Of a DNA stretch of 26,621 nucleotides, positions 10,651 to 18,536 are shown piece by piece. The position numbers and the translations under genes are program-made. This stretch comes from Candidatus Methylomirabilota bacterium (GTDB lineage: Bacteria > Patescibacteriota > Doudnabacteria > UBA920 > O2-02-FULL-48-8): positions 1-26,621 of the forward strand of contig DATJFX010000008.1 of assembly GCA_035495465.1 (NCBI GenBank). The letters are read 5' to 3'. Below the pieces are notes generated by a model. That model had not been told where the DNA came from and searched no databases. It worked only from the letters and a program-made list of their open reading frames with translations. Position 1 is the first letter of the stretch. Each line of letters begins with the position of its first letter.

Positions 10651-12773
10651 TGTAGTGTCTTGAGAAACTCTTCTACCTCATCTTTCGCTTCAGGCTTGAG
10701 CTCGAGTATTTTTAAGGCAGTAAGCCTGGCGTTTTCCTTATCTCCAGATTCAGCGTAAACTGCCGCCAACTCTGAATAAAGCTGAGGGTCAGATGGATTG
10801 ATTTTAATCTCTCCTTGATATAGAAAAATAACCTTATTATAATCTCTTTTAGCATTAAAATTTCTTATCAATGTATTCAGTATCTGAAACAAATCTGATT
10901 TATTATTACCATCTTTCTGCCAAGCAGAATTTGGATCCGCTGGCACAATTGAGAAAATCTTCGTCAGATCACTATCAATTCCAGCGTAGTCATTATGGAG
11001 TAATTTCAATTTAACCGAAAGCAATAAAAACTCAACCCGACTCGGGACTAATTCTATCGCCTTGTTCAGCGCATCTTCCGATTTACTGACGTACTCTGAA
11101 TAATCTTGGTTCGCCTTGTGTGCCACGGATGCGCGGTAATAATATAAATTTGCGAGTTTAAACCAATACCGGGGATTGTTTTTTATTTCTTCTGTAGCTT
11201 TTACCATTACTGATATGGAGCTATCTAACAAACTCTCTGAAGCAGAGGCGTCTACATTTTTTCCTCCAGCACTCTGTTCGGCAATGGTCCCATAATAAAA
11301 ACCTTTATCAGCTAATTGAACAGTCGGCTTATCAATTGCCTCAACTTTATCCATATATGATTGAATCGAATCGGGACTGGCACTATTTATGGCTTTAGCC
11401 GTATAAAAATTTGCCAGCATGGGGAGCCAATTCCCTGCGTAAGCGACGTAAAGCATTAATAAGCCTGAGATCACTAGTCCGATTTTTGCGATTCCAAAAG
11501 TCTTGGGAATATTTTTATCAATCGATGGTTTGGAATCTTTGAGTGAGTATGACCCTATTAACGCCAATAAAATGACAAAAAATAATAATGAAGAGACAGT
11601 ATCAAATGAAAAAAAATCTTGCGTTATATAGGCTGTGAGACCTGCAATCAAAAATGAAAACCCATACAAATCAATTCTTTTGCCACGGAAAGCGTCATAC
11701 AAAATTTTTATGGCACTTACCAAAATCCCGAGATAAGCCAAGAATCCCAAAATACCCGTGGTTGTCAAAATTTCCAAAAAATAATTATGGGGCTTATCAA
11801 ACCATCCGGGAGTATATTTATAAAGCTGAGGGTCAAAATATTTATCCGCGATCACATAATAATTTTCCGGCCCCACGCCTAGAATTGGTGCGTGCGCAAA
11901 ACCTTTAAGCGCGATCTTCCACTCCACAACCCTAGCCCGTGAATCATTATCTCCGAAATGCAGTCGAGTTACAGCTAGTCCGGCGGCAATTGCAAATAAC
12001 ACGATAATACTAGCCAATATATGGATCCGAAAACGTCTCAGAAAATTGTTCTCACTGAAAATCAAATACACAATCCCCCCGACGAATATTCCGGCTGCCA
12101 ATCCAACATATACTGCTCGCGTTTTAGTTAAATAAACTATTACAAGCTCTAGCACCGCTAAGAATGATAATAATATTTTCCAACCGCGTCTTTTTTCTGT
12201 AATCGCTTGGAGCATCGTTACAAAAATAGGAATTGTGAGAAATGCAGCAAATGTAATAGGATTACCAAATAATCCTGAGATTCTTGACGACGAATCCGGA
12301 TCATTAAAAAAGCCGGGTAAACCTATAGCCAGCCAGAGGGCATACAAACACGCTATTGCGACTGCGGCGATTGATACAGACTTAATTTTCCCTGCTAACT
12401 CCGGCTTGATCTGGAATAGCAATATCAAATAAAAATAAAACAAAACAAAATGCGCCAGATTAAAAATTCCAGTGGCCCGGATCGGAATACCCCAGAAACT
12501 CTGGGACGGATTGACTCCGAAAATTCCCGAGATTACGCTCAGCAAAAAATATGCGATTACTGAAATCGTCAACCAATTGCCAAAATCCGGCCGAAACTTT
12601 CGGCTCGACAGAATCAAATATAAATAAAAAGGCAACGCCGCCTCAATCAAGAGTTGAAAATAAAGCGCCTTGGTGCTTTCAAAAGGATAAACCAAACTCC
12701 GCGAAAAAACCAAGGCGCTAAAACACGCCAAGCTTGCTAACCAGAATAATATTTTTTCGGATTTTTTTTCCAT
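10647..12773 (-). CDS. O-antigen ligase (Wzy_C)-family membrane protein with C-terminal TPR region
   Basis: About 12 TM segments, RISGLFGNP, TKTRA, SRARVVEW...PILGVGPEN...DKPHNYFLE, then helical TPR-like repeats. Confidence 0.85.
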   Translation of the reverse strand: MEKKSEKILFWLASLACFSALVFSRSLVYPFESTKALYFQLLIEAALPFYLYLILSSRKFRPDFGNWLTISVIAYFLLSVISGIFGVNPSQSFWGIPIRATGIFNLAHFVLFYFYLILLFQIKPELAGKIKSVSIAAVAIACLYALWLAIGLPGFFNDPDSSSRISGLFGNPITFAAFLTIPIFVTMLQAITEKRRGWKILLSFLAVLELVIVYLTKTRAVYVGLAAGIFVGGIVYLIFSENNFLRRFRIHILASIIVLFAIAAGLAVTRLHFGDNDSRARVVEWKIALKGFAHAPILGVGPENYYVIADKYFDPQLYKYTPGWFDKPHNYFLEILTTTGILGFLAYLGILVSAIKILYDAFRGKRIDLYGFSFLIAGLTAYITQDFFSFDTVSSLLFFVILLALIGSYSLKDSKPSIDKNIPKTFGIAKIGLVISGLLMLYVAYAGNWLPMLANFYTAKAINSASPDSIQSYMDKVEAIDKPTVQLADKGFYYGTIAEQSAGGKNVDASASESLLDSSISVMVKATEEIKNNPRYWFKLANLYYYRASVAHKANQDYSEYVSKSEDALNKAIELVPSRVEFLLLSVKLKLLHNDYAGIDSDLTKIFSIVPADPNSAWQKDGNNKSDLFQILNTLIRNFNAKRDYNKVIFLYQGEIKINPSDPQLYSELAAVYAESGDKENARLTALKILELKPEAKDEVEEFLKTLQ

Positions 12774-12838
12774 GGGCTGAAGTTTATCTTTCTCTAATAT
12801 CTACTTTAACATGTTATTAACAATCTATAAAGCAAACA

Positions 12839-12864
12839 AAAACCCGCCCTTACGGGCGGGTTTT
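12839..12864 (-). terminator. Intrinsic terminator after the S-layer-like gene
   Basis: AAAACCCGCCC-GTAA-GGGCGGGTTTT on the minus strand, with a GNRA loop and U tract. Confidence 0.85.
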
Positions 12865-12906
12865 GCATCTTACGTTTAAACGAAGATTTCTATTCTTTTT
12901 GGGAGA

Positions 12907-14859
12907 TTAGAAATTCTGGGTCTTGACGTTGGATACTGCTGTAGAGTCAACGTTAGTGATTTGCAATTGTACAAATCCGGCAGTTGAGTTGAACTTCACA
13001 GACAAGGTGCAGCGTTCAGTATCACCAGAAGTGATAGTAAACGATGCAGGTGAACCAGTAGCAGTCATGTCTACGCAACTTACGATACCATCGGTACCGC
13101 CAGATTGTGTAGCACCTGTTAAGGTCCAGTTGATATCACCTGCGCCAGTGGCTGCAGTGCTTTGGTCTTCTTTGATAGTTACATCATCGCTGCCGATGGC
13201 TGTTACGTCAAAAGTAAGACTGATGGTTCCATCAACGCTGTTTGAAGCGTCTTCAGCTGTGAAGTGGTCGGATACAAATTGTACTCCGGCACCTGTGCTG
13301 ATGAATGTTTGTGCATTACCAGCGGCTGAACCATCGACATCGCTGTCGAGGAAGGTATCACCATTGTCATCAACCAAGCTATCACTGAAGTCAGCCCAAT
13401 CAACGGTCAAACTATCACCTTCGGTGAAGTTGTCGATATCGTTGATAGTAGCGTATACACGGTAGGTGCTGGTTGAATCAGCATCAACAGTTTCGTCAGT
13501 ATCCAAGTTGAAGGTAAGGGTACCTGTGTCTCCATCTGCAATGCTTGGAGCATCAGCAGTTGCTAAGGTAGTTGAACCTTTCTTCAATTGGAATTCAGAA
13601 GCTATAGAATCAGAAGTGTCTCCAACAGGGCTTAGATCAAAGTCAACTGTATCGAAGGTCATTGAAGAACCTACGGTTTTGACTTTGAATTCGAGCAACA
13701 AGACATTCTTGGTGGTCGAGGTGTCGGATACTTCTACTGTGTTGGTGTCTGGGTTCGAAGAACCGCGAGAAACCGTTACAGTAACATCACCCTGATCTGC
13801 GATAGTTTCAAAGTGGAATGAGCTATCTGGATCAGTTGTATCGGTGATGATAGCACCCTGAGCATCCATAAATCGGATGCTTGGAGCATCAATGTTCCAA
13901 GTGTTGTTGGAAGCACCGAGGTCTAAGCTGTCGATGTTGGATAGGGCGTTAACAGTAACATAGAAGGTTTCTTTGTTACCTGATCCTTCGCGAACGATAG
14001 CATCGCTATCAAGAGAAATGCTCTTGGAATAGGTTGTACCATCTTTGGTGAAGTCTGAGGCATCTGCAGAACCAACTTTGTTAGAACCTTCGTAAACAGA
14101 AACTGAATCAACATAGTGATCAAGTCTGTTTGAACCATCTGAATCAGTTTGCTGCAATGATACCTTTACGCTCTTTACTGCGATATCAGAATCAGAAGCT
14201 TCAACTTTGAAGCCCAAGACTTTGACATTGCTGGCGCCTTCTGCAACTGAGGTTTCCACATCAGTTGAAGTTGAGGTAACAGTTGCATCACCTGCTCCGC
14301 CGTTCAAAGTGGTGGAACCGGAACTAGAACCAGTAGTACATGCTACGGTCTTAGGGGCTACCATTGAATGAGGGATAGAGCTGGAAGATGTGCTTGCTGT
14401 AATGTTTGCACCGACTGGAAGATCAGCAAAAGTGTTTGCTGGAGCTTCTTTGACGTTTGCAAAGATAAATCCGAGGTCAGTGAAAACTTGACCTGAGACG
14501 AATGGGCGCTTTTCACCACCGACTACTAAGTAGACCAATGGATCTGATGGACCCTTAAGAAGGGTGCCTTCGCCGTAAACCATGACTGGACCGACTGGCA
14601 AAGCGATGTCTTCAGAAGAAGCGGCAACAACTTGCAAGAAGTTGTAACCATTTGTGGTGAAGACGGCTTCGGACGTGAAACCACGTCGGGAATTGTTGGT
14701 GATTAACCAAACAGTGCCACCAGAGAGGACCAAACAACCATCAGAATGAACTGCAGCTGAAGCTACGAGTGGAAGAGCAGCGATGCTGCCGGCCCAAACG
14801 ATTGTAGAAGCGGCTAAGCCGATTGCTACTGCTTTGCGTGCTTTAGAAGATAATTGCAT
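12907..14859 (-). CDS. Secreted acidic surface/S-layer-like protein (650 aa)
   Basis: Sec signal peptide ending ...ASA/AVH. Two ~58-aa N-terminal repeats, then an Asp/Ser/Thr-rich beta-rich body. Has an SD (AGGAG), its own promoter and its own terminator. Confidence 0.7.
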   Translation of the reverse strand: MQLSSKARKAVAIGLAASTIVWAGSIAALPLVASAAVHSDGCLVLSGGTVWLITNNSRRGFTSEAVFTTNGYNFLQVVAASSEDIALPVGPVMVYGEGTLLKGPSDPLVYLVVGGEKRPFVSGQVFTDLGFIFANVKEAPANTFADLPVGANITASTSSSSIPHSMVAPKTVACTTGSSSGSTTLNGGAGDATVTSTSTDVETSVAEGASNVKVLGFKVEASDSDIAVKSVKVSLQQTDSDGSNRLDHYVDSVSVYEGSNKVGSADASDFTKDGTTYSKSISLDSDAIVREGSGNKETFYVTVNALSNIDSLDLGASNNTWNIDAPSIRFMDAQGAIITDTTDPDSSFHFETIADQGDVTVTVSRGSSNPDTNTVEVSDTSTTKNVLLLEFKVKTVGSSMTFDTVDFDLSPVGDTSDSIASEFQLKKGSTTLATADAPSIADGDTGTLTFNLDTDETVDADSTSTYRVYATINDIDNFTEGDSLTVDWADFSDSLVDDNGDTFLDSDVDGSAAGNAQTFISTGAGVQFVSDHFTAEDASNSVDGTISLTFDVTAIGSDDVTIKEDQSTAATGAGDINWTLTGATQSGGTDGIVSCVDMTATGSPASFTITSGDTERCTLSVKFNSTAGFVQLQITNVDSTAVSNVKTQNF

Positions 14860-15229
14860 TGTATTCTCCTGTTTATAAAATCATCAGCGGATTAATTATT
14901 CATATGAGACAATCAATACGCCGGACAATTAAATAAACATTGTTTAATATTACGGAACTATCCTAAATAGGACGTATTAACTGTTAAAAATTAATAACAA
15001 AGACCGACCAGGCTATACTTTCGTAAAAACCACAGTGTCTTTAAAACAGTTAAGAGTTCCAATTGCTAAGACGCACGTTTATCCAGCTTGTTACAAGATG
15101 GATAAACCCTCAAGAAATCTCACAAATCGCCAAAAAACTCATAAAAAACACCACAATACACTTATATTGAGGTTGTTTGTTTAGGCTATTTATTTGATGA
15201 TCTTGGGTGATATTTCATTGAGTATCCAC

Positions 15230-15258
15230 ATTATAAACTAAACTTCGATTTTTGTCAA
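15230..15258 (-). promoter_or_regulatory. Consensus sigma70 promoter for the S-layer-like gene
   Basis: Perfect TTGACA-N17-TATAAT, implying a 5' UTR of about 365 nt. Confidence 0.85.
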
Positions 15259-15334
15259 GCTAATAATTTCCTAACGCATTTCTTATCTGGTTTGATAATA
15301 AGCCCTTTTTTTGATAAGATTGCATCTGAATCCG

Positions 15335-15408
15335 GCGGGATTTGTATAATGGTAGTACGAGACCCTTCCAAGGTCTAGGCACCGGTCCGATTCCGGTATC
15401 CCGCTCCA
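15335..15408 (+). tRNA. tRNA-Gly(TCC)
   Basis: GCGGGAT/ATCCCGC acceptor stem, AGACC-CTTCCAA-GGTCT anticodon arm, ACCGG/CCGGT T stem, encoded CCA. Confidence 0.95.
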
Positions 15409-15536
15409 AAAAAAACGTCACTAAAAGAACTTAAATATTATCCACAGGTAAATTGATAGGCGTGGATAGTTAGATATTTTTATCAACACTATTGTGAATA
15501 TCGGCCTTTTTCTATATACTTACCTGGTTGCGACGA

Positions 15537-15610
15537 CGGGGTGTCGTATACCGGTAGTACGTCTGCTTTGGGAGCAGATAGACTGGGTTCAATTCCCAGC
15601 ACCCCGACCA
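15537..15610 (+). tRNA. tRNA-Pro(TGG)
   Basis: CGGGGTG/CACCCCG acceptor stem, TCTGC-TTTGGGA-GCAGA anticodon arm, CTGGG-TTCAATT-CCCAG T arm, encoded CCA. Confidence 0.96.
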
Positions 15611-15650
15611 AGAAGAAACTTTAACTATTAACTTGTAATTTACAACTCTA

Positions 15651-15851
15651 ATGGCAGTCCCTAAAAAACATAAGACAAGGTCAGGCAGAAATCAACGCAG
15701 ATCCCACGATCACCTGAAAGCATCGAGCCTTTCTGTATGTAAAAATTGTAATTTCCCTGTTCGTCCTCATGAAGTTTGCCAAAACTGCGGTTTTTACAAA
15801 GGCCGGCAAGTGATAAAAATGAAGAACCCGAAATCCAAAGCCAGGAAGTAA
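15651..15851 (+). CDS. rpmF: 50S ribosomal protein bL32 (zinc-ribbon form)
   Basis: MAVPKKHKTRSGRNQRRSH...CKNC...PHEVCQNCGFYKGRQV. Confidence 0.96.
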   Translation: MAVPKKHKTRSGRNQRRSHDHLKASSLSVCKNCNFPVRPHEVCQNCGFYKGRQVIKMKNPKSKARK

Positions 15852-15878
15852 AAATTAGAATTAAATTTAAAACTTTCC

Positions 15879-16346
15879 ATGGCAAATCGGCATTTGTCCA
15901 GAACAGTTGCGATGCAATCCCTCTATGAGTGGGACTTTAATGATCGCCATGGCGCCTTGCTGACAGTGGCCGAACGCAATGTCAAACAGTTTGCGCCGGG
16001 ATTGGAAGACACGGGATTTATCTTTGATTTGATTAAAGGCGTAAATAAAAACCTCCCGGAAATCGATAAAGTCATAGTCCAAACCGCCCCGGAATGGCCA
16101 TTGGATCAGATCACTGTGATTGATCGCAATATTTTGCGCCTGGGCATTTATGAACTGCTATTTGCGAAAAAAGTTCCGCCGAAAGTCGCGATCAATGAGG
16201 CGGTGGAACTCGGCAAAGCTTTTGGCGGCGAATCCAGCGGAAAATTTGTAAATGGTGTACTCGGCACTTTATATAAACAACTACCCGAGGAAGAACGTTT
16301 AGCTGGAGAGACCCCACAAGCTGAAAAAACTTCTAAGCAAGAATAA
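15879..16346 (+). CDS. nusB: Transcription antitermination factor NusB
   Basis: [43 protein letters not shown]...FVNGVLG. Confidence 0.96.
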   Translation: MANRHLSRTVAMQSLYEWDFNDRHGALLTVAERNVKQFAPGLEDTGFIFDLIKGVNKNLPEIDKVIVQTAPEWPLDQITVIDRNILRLGIYELLFAKKVPPKVAINEAVELGKAFGGESSGKFVNGVLGTLYKQLPEEERLAGETPQAEKTSKQE

Positions 16347-16361
16347 ATTTTAATAACCTAC

Positions 16362-16637
16362 ATGAATAAACAAGAACTAATTGACGCACTGAGCTTAAAG
16401 CTCAATCTGGGTAAAACTGAAGCCGAAAACACACTCCATGGCTTTGTGGAAGTAATCACTGAAACCTTAAAAGCCGGTCAGGAAGTAAACATCTCTGGAT
16501 TCGGTTCTTTCGTAGTCACTCCCCGTTCCGCTAGGATGGGCGTAAATCCCCAAAACCCTACGGAAAAAATCCAAATCCCAGCCACCAAAGTTCCGAAATT
16601 CCGCGCCGGTAAAAACCTAAAAGAAGCAGTTAGATAA
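16362..16637 (+). CDS. hup: DNA-binding protein HU
   Basis: MNKQELI...GFGSF...R.GVNPQ...IPATKVPKFRAGKNLKEAV. Confidence 0.95.
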   Translation: MNKQELIDALSLKLNLGKTEAENTLHGFVEVITETLKAGQEVNISGFGSFVVTPRSARMGVNPQNPTEKIQIPATKVPKFRAGKNLKEAVR

Positions 16638-16644
16638 TCTTATT

Positions 16645-16676
16645 TGCCACTTTTCTTTCTAGAAAGAAAAGTGGCA
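16645..16676. repeat. 32-bp perfect palindrome downstream of hup
   Basis: TGCCACTTTTCTTTCT|AGAAAGAAAAGTGGCA. Confidence 0.9.
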
Positions 16677-16689
16677 GGAAAAGAAAGTC

Positions 16690-16777
16690 GGAAATTTGCC
16701 GGACTCGGAACGTGTTACGCTTGTCGACAAGGACCAATCTAACCGGATTTTAGTCGCTCGGACAGCGGCAAATTTCC
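16690..16777. other. Element D: stem-enclosed structured intergenic segment (candidate ncRNA)
   Basis: 12-bp perfect stem GGAAATTTGCCG/CGGCAAATTTCC enclosing 64 nt that contain small hairpins, followed by a terminator. Confidence 0.45.
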
Positions 16778-16784
16778 ATAATTT

Positions 16785-16807
16785 AAAACCCCTATTATAG
16801 GGGTTTT
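16785..16807. terminator. Bidirectional intrinsic terminator
   Basis: AAAACCCCTAT-T-ATAGGGGTTTT, between the convergent hup block and the small-gene island. Confidence 0.75.
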
Positions 16808-16820
16808 ATTTCTTATATTT

Positions 16821-16925
16821 AGGCGAAGGCAGTTGCTTGGAGGAGATTTGCGAGGCCCTTCCAATGGCCGAGCACATAGTCCGCCCGAAGCGGACGTCTC
16901 CGAGAAGCAGCTGCCTTCGCCTTTT
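16821..16925 (+). ncRNA. Structured element A1 (candidate novel ~102-nt ncRNA, copy 1)
   Basis: Homologous to 20168-20271 with at least 7 compensatory base-pair changes. Has a U.G pair and tandem G.A pairs on the + strand and a 3' U tract. Confidence 0.7.
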
Positions 16926-17016
16926 CTCTCAACTGTCGGCGAACAGGAGATTCAATCATTTTTTTCAAAATTATTGAATTCGCCGACAGATGAGAGAGCG
17001 GGAATGACAGTTGCTG

Positions 17017-17268
17017 TCACTCCCGCTTATGAAACGCCGCGACGTTATTTACGTTTTGGCGTTCTTGGGCAGGGGCCTGATGGGCCCTTTCTTCTGCCCG
17101 TAACCGGCGCTGATGCCGGCGAATTTGGCGCCGATAGCTCAACACAATTGGCACACCCATCGCCAGCCCAAAGAGAACAGTGGCACTCGCCTCCAATGTC
17201 TTCTGAGGGCTCATATAGAACCCCAAGCACCAGAGGAGGGCGACAACCAAGGTCAGCCATGATTTCAT
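17017..17268 (-). CDS. Small two-TM membrane protein with basic C-terminal tail (83 aa)
   Basis: MKSWLTLVVALLWCLGF... with SD GGGAG and ATGA coupling to the upstream gene. The longer ORF-track start (17460) was rejected. Confidence 0.75.
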   Translation of the reverse strand: MKSWLTLVVALLWCLGFYMSPQKTLEASATVLFGLAMGVPIVLSYRRQIRRHQRRLRAEERAHQAPAQERQNVNNVAAFHKRE

Positions 17269-17471
17269 GCCACTCCCCTGTGGATGGCTGTGAACACCGC
17301 CCAGATGACGCCTCCGCCGAAAATCATGGCGGTGACGCAAACCTGCCAGATGAGTTCGTCCAGGTTTTCGGACAGCCACTTGGCGGCCGGCCCGTCCTTG
17401 AGACGGATCACGACCGCGAACTTGCTTGACTCGATCTTTTTTTCCACCACGGGCGTCCAAACTACGGTCAT
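17265..17471 (-). CDS. Small hypothetical protein with C-terminal TM helix (68 aa)
   Basis: SD GAGGTG 5 nt before the ATG; hydrophobic C-terminus. Confidence 0.75.
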   Translation of the reverse strand: MTVVWTPVVEKKIESSKFAVVIRLKDGPAAKWLSENLDELIWQVCVTAMIFGGGVIWAVFTAIHRGVA

Positions 17472-17541
17472 AATATCACCTCATTCACCCTCGCCTTTCG
17501 GCTGGGCGATACACGAGTTGACGACGACTATATCCGACTTG

Positions 17542-17631
17542 CCCGTCTCTTAACTCGAACCCTAACATTATGTAAACATTTGTTCAAGCTAACAGACGGG
17601 AGGAGGACAACTTCTTGCAAGTCATCCTCCC
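17542..17631 (-). other. Element C: two abutting hairpins between gene modules, carrying the shared leader motif
   Basis: GGGAGGATGAC/GTCCTCCTCCC, then CCCGTCT..TTAGCTTGAAC/GTTCGAGTTAA..AGACGGG. The G.U pairs favour the minus strand. Confidence 0.55.
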
Positions 17632-17638
17632 TATCTTT

Positions 17639-17887
17639 TCATTGTGCTCCTCCTTGTGAAGCATGCTCTGGTTTCTTGCCCGTGATCCGCAACGTGGGAC
17701 CTTTCGGTCCGATCATCATCACGCGCGCTTCTCCGCGCCGCAGAAACTGGATCGCGAGCGTGTCGGGATAGGGATATCCCAGATCTTCGACGATCCGATC
17801 CCGGATCTGCTCCTTCGACTCCGAACCGTTGATGATGGCCAGGACCCGATCTTGCACGATTGCGACGGAGAGATCTCTGTACTTCAT
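17639..17887 (-). CDS. Small hypothetical protein (82 aa)
   Basis: ATG overlaps the upstream stop, with GGAGG upstream and protein-like composition. Confidence 0.75.
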   Translation of the reverse strand: MKYRDLSVAIVQDRVLAIINGSESKEQIRDRIVEDLGYPYPDTLAIQFLRRGEARVMMIGPKGPTLRITGKKPEHASQGGAQ

Positions 17888-18075
17888 TTTTCCTCCAGGA
17901 TGGCGAGTTCCTGACGAAACTCCTCACACACATAGATTAGAATCCCGAGTTCGTCCGCCTGCTGTTCCACCGTGAGCAGATCGGAATGACCCAACTTCTC
18001 GATGGCCAGCTGCAACGCCGCGATCTTCCTCTTGAGCAATGCTTTCCTGTATTCTCGCCTTTTTCTTCCAAACAT
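17884..18075 (-). CDS. Small helical/coiled-coil hypothetical protein (63 aa)
   Basis: SD GGAGGTG 4 nt before the ATG; heptad-like Leu/Ile pattern. Confidence 0.75.
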   Translation of the reverse strand: MFGRKRREYRKALLKRKIAALQLAIEKLGHSDLLTVEQQADELGILIYVCEEFRQELAILEEK

Positions 18076-18110
18076 TCTTCACCTCCGCCTTTCGGCTGAA
18101 AAAAAGAACT

Positions 18111-18401
18111 TCACTTGGCGCAGTCAGGAATTGAGCCGCCGTCTTCGTAACGGCGTTCAATCTCACTGGCACAGATCCCAAATGGAATCAGAATTTCTTG
18201 GACCTTATCCAGATCCAGGAAACCTGAAGCCTTGGCTTGCTCGCGCAGAGCCTGAGTGGCATGGTCAGCGCGATCTGAATTGCGCTGTCTCGCCTGGCTA
18301 AACACGCGATCCCGCGATCCGCTACGCTGGACCAGCAGGATTAATATCATCAAGGTCCCCAATCCGAGGACCGCCAGGATCTTTCTTCTATTTTCACTCA
18401 T
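18111..18401 (-). CDS. Small bitopic membrane protein (96 aa)
   Basis: RRK followed by hydrophobic ILAVLGLGTLMILILLV; SD GGAGG. Confidence 0.75.
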   Translation of the reverse strand: MSENRRKILAVLGLGTLMILILLVQRSGSRDRVFSQARQRNSDRADHATQALREQAKASGFLDLDKVQEILIPFGICASEIERRYEDGGSIPDCAK

Positions 18402-18420
18402 CGATCCTCCGATCGAGTTT

Positions 18421-18529
18421 AAGGGAACATTCCCTTCCTAAATATTCTATCCTTAGAAAACTTAGGAAGGGAGGGAGTTTTAAGGGTTTACCAATCAAGG
18501 TGTCCAATAAAACTCTCCATCTTCTACTT
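18421..18529 (+). repeat. Structured repeat B1 (core 18465-18529)
   Basis: 65-nt core matches 19367-19431 at 64/65 positions; the 5' stem is conserved in structure. Confidence 0.9.
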
Positions 18530-18536
18530 ACTCCTC

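Noticed and set aside
12923-13795. Long plus-strand ORFs opposite the surface-protein gene; also 21100-21603 opposite groEL
   Set aside because: Antisense open frames, consistent with biased codon usage in highly expressed genes.
16690-16925. Elements A or D as SRP RNA, 6S RNA, or hammerhead/HDV-like ribozyme
   Set aside because: No SRP helix-8 motif, too short for 6S with no central bubble, no CUGAUGA/GAAA core, and the HDV P1.1 and J4/2 features could not be fitted.
16833-17429. 198-aa plus-strand ORF and the other plus-strand ORFs across the island
   Set aside because: Antisense shadows of SD-led minus-strand genes in GC-rich DNA, with no initiation signals.
17017-17460. 147-aa version of the last island gene; alternative frames 17631-17933, 17924-18181 and 19795-20001
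   Set aside because: They overlap better-supported genes that have SD sites and translational coupling.
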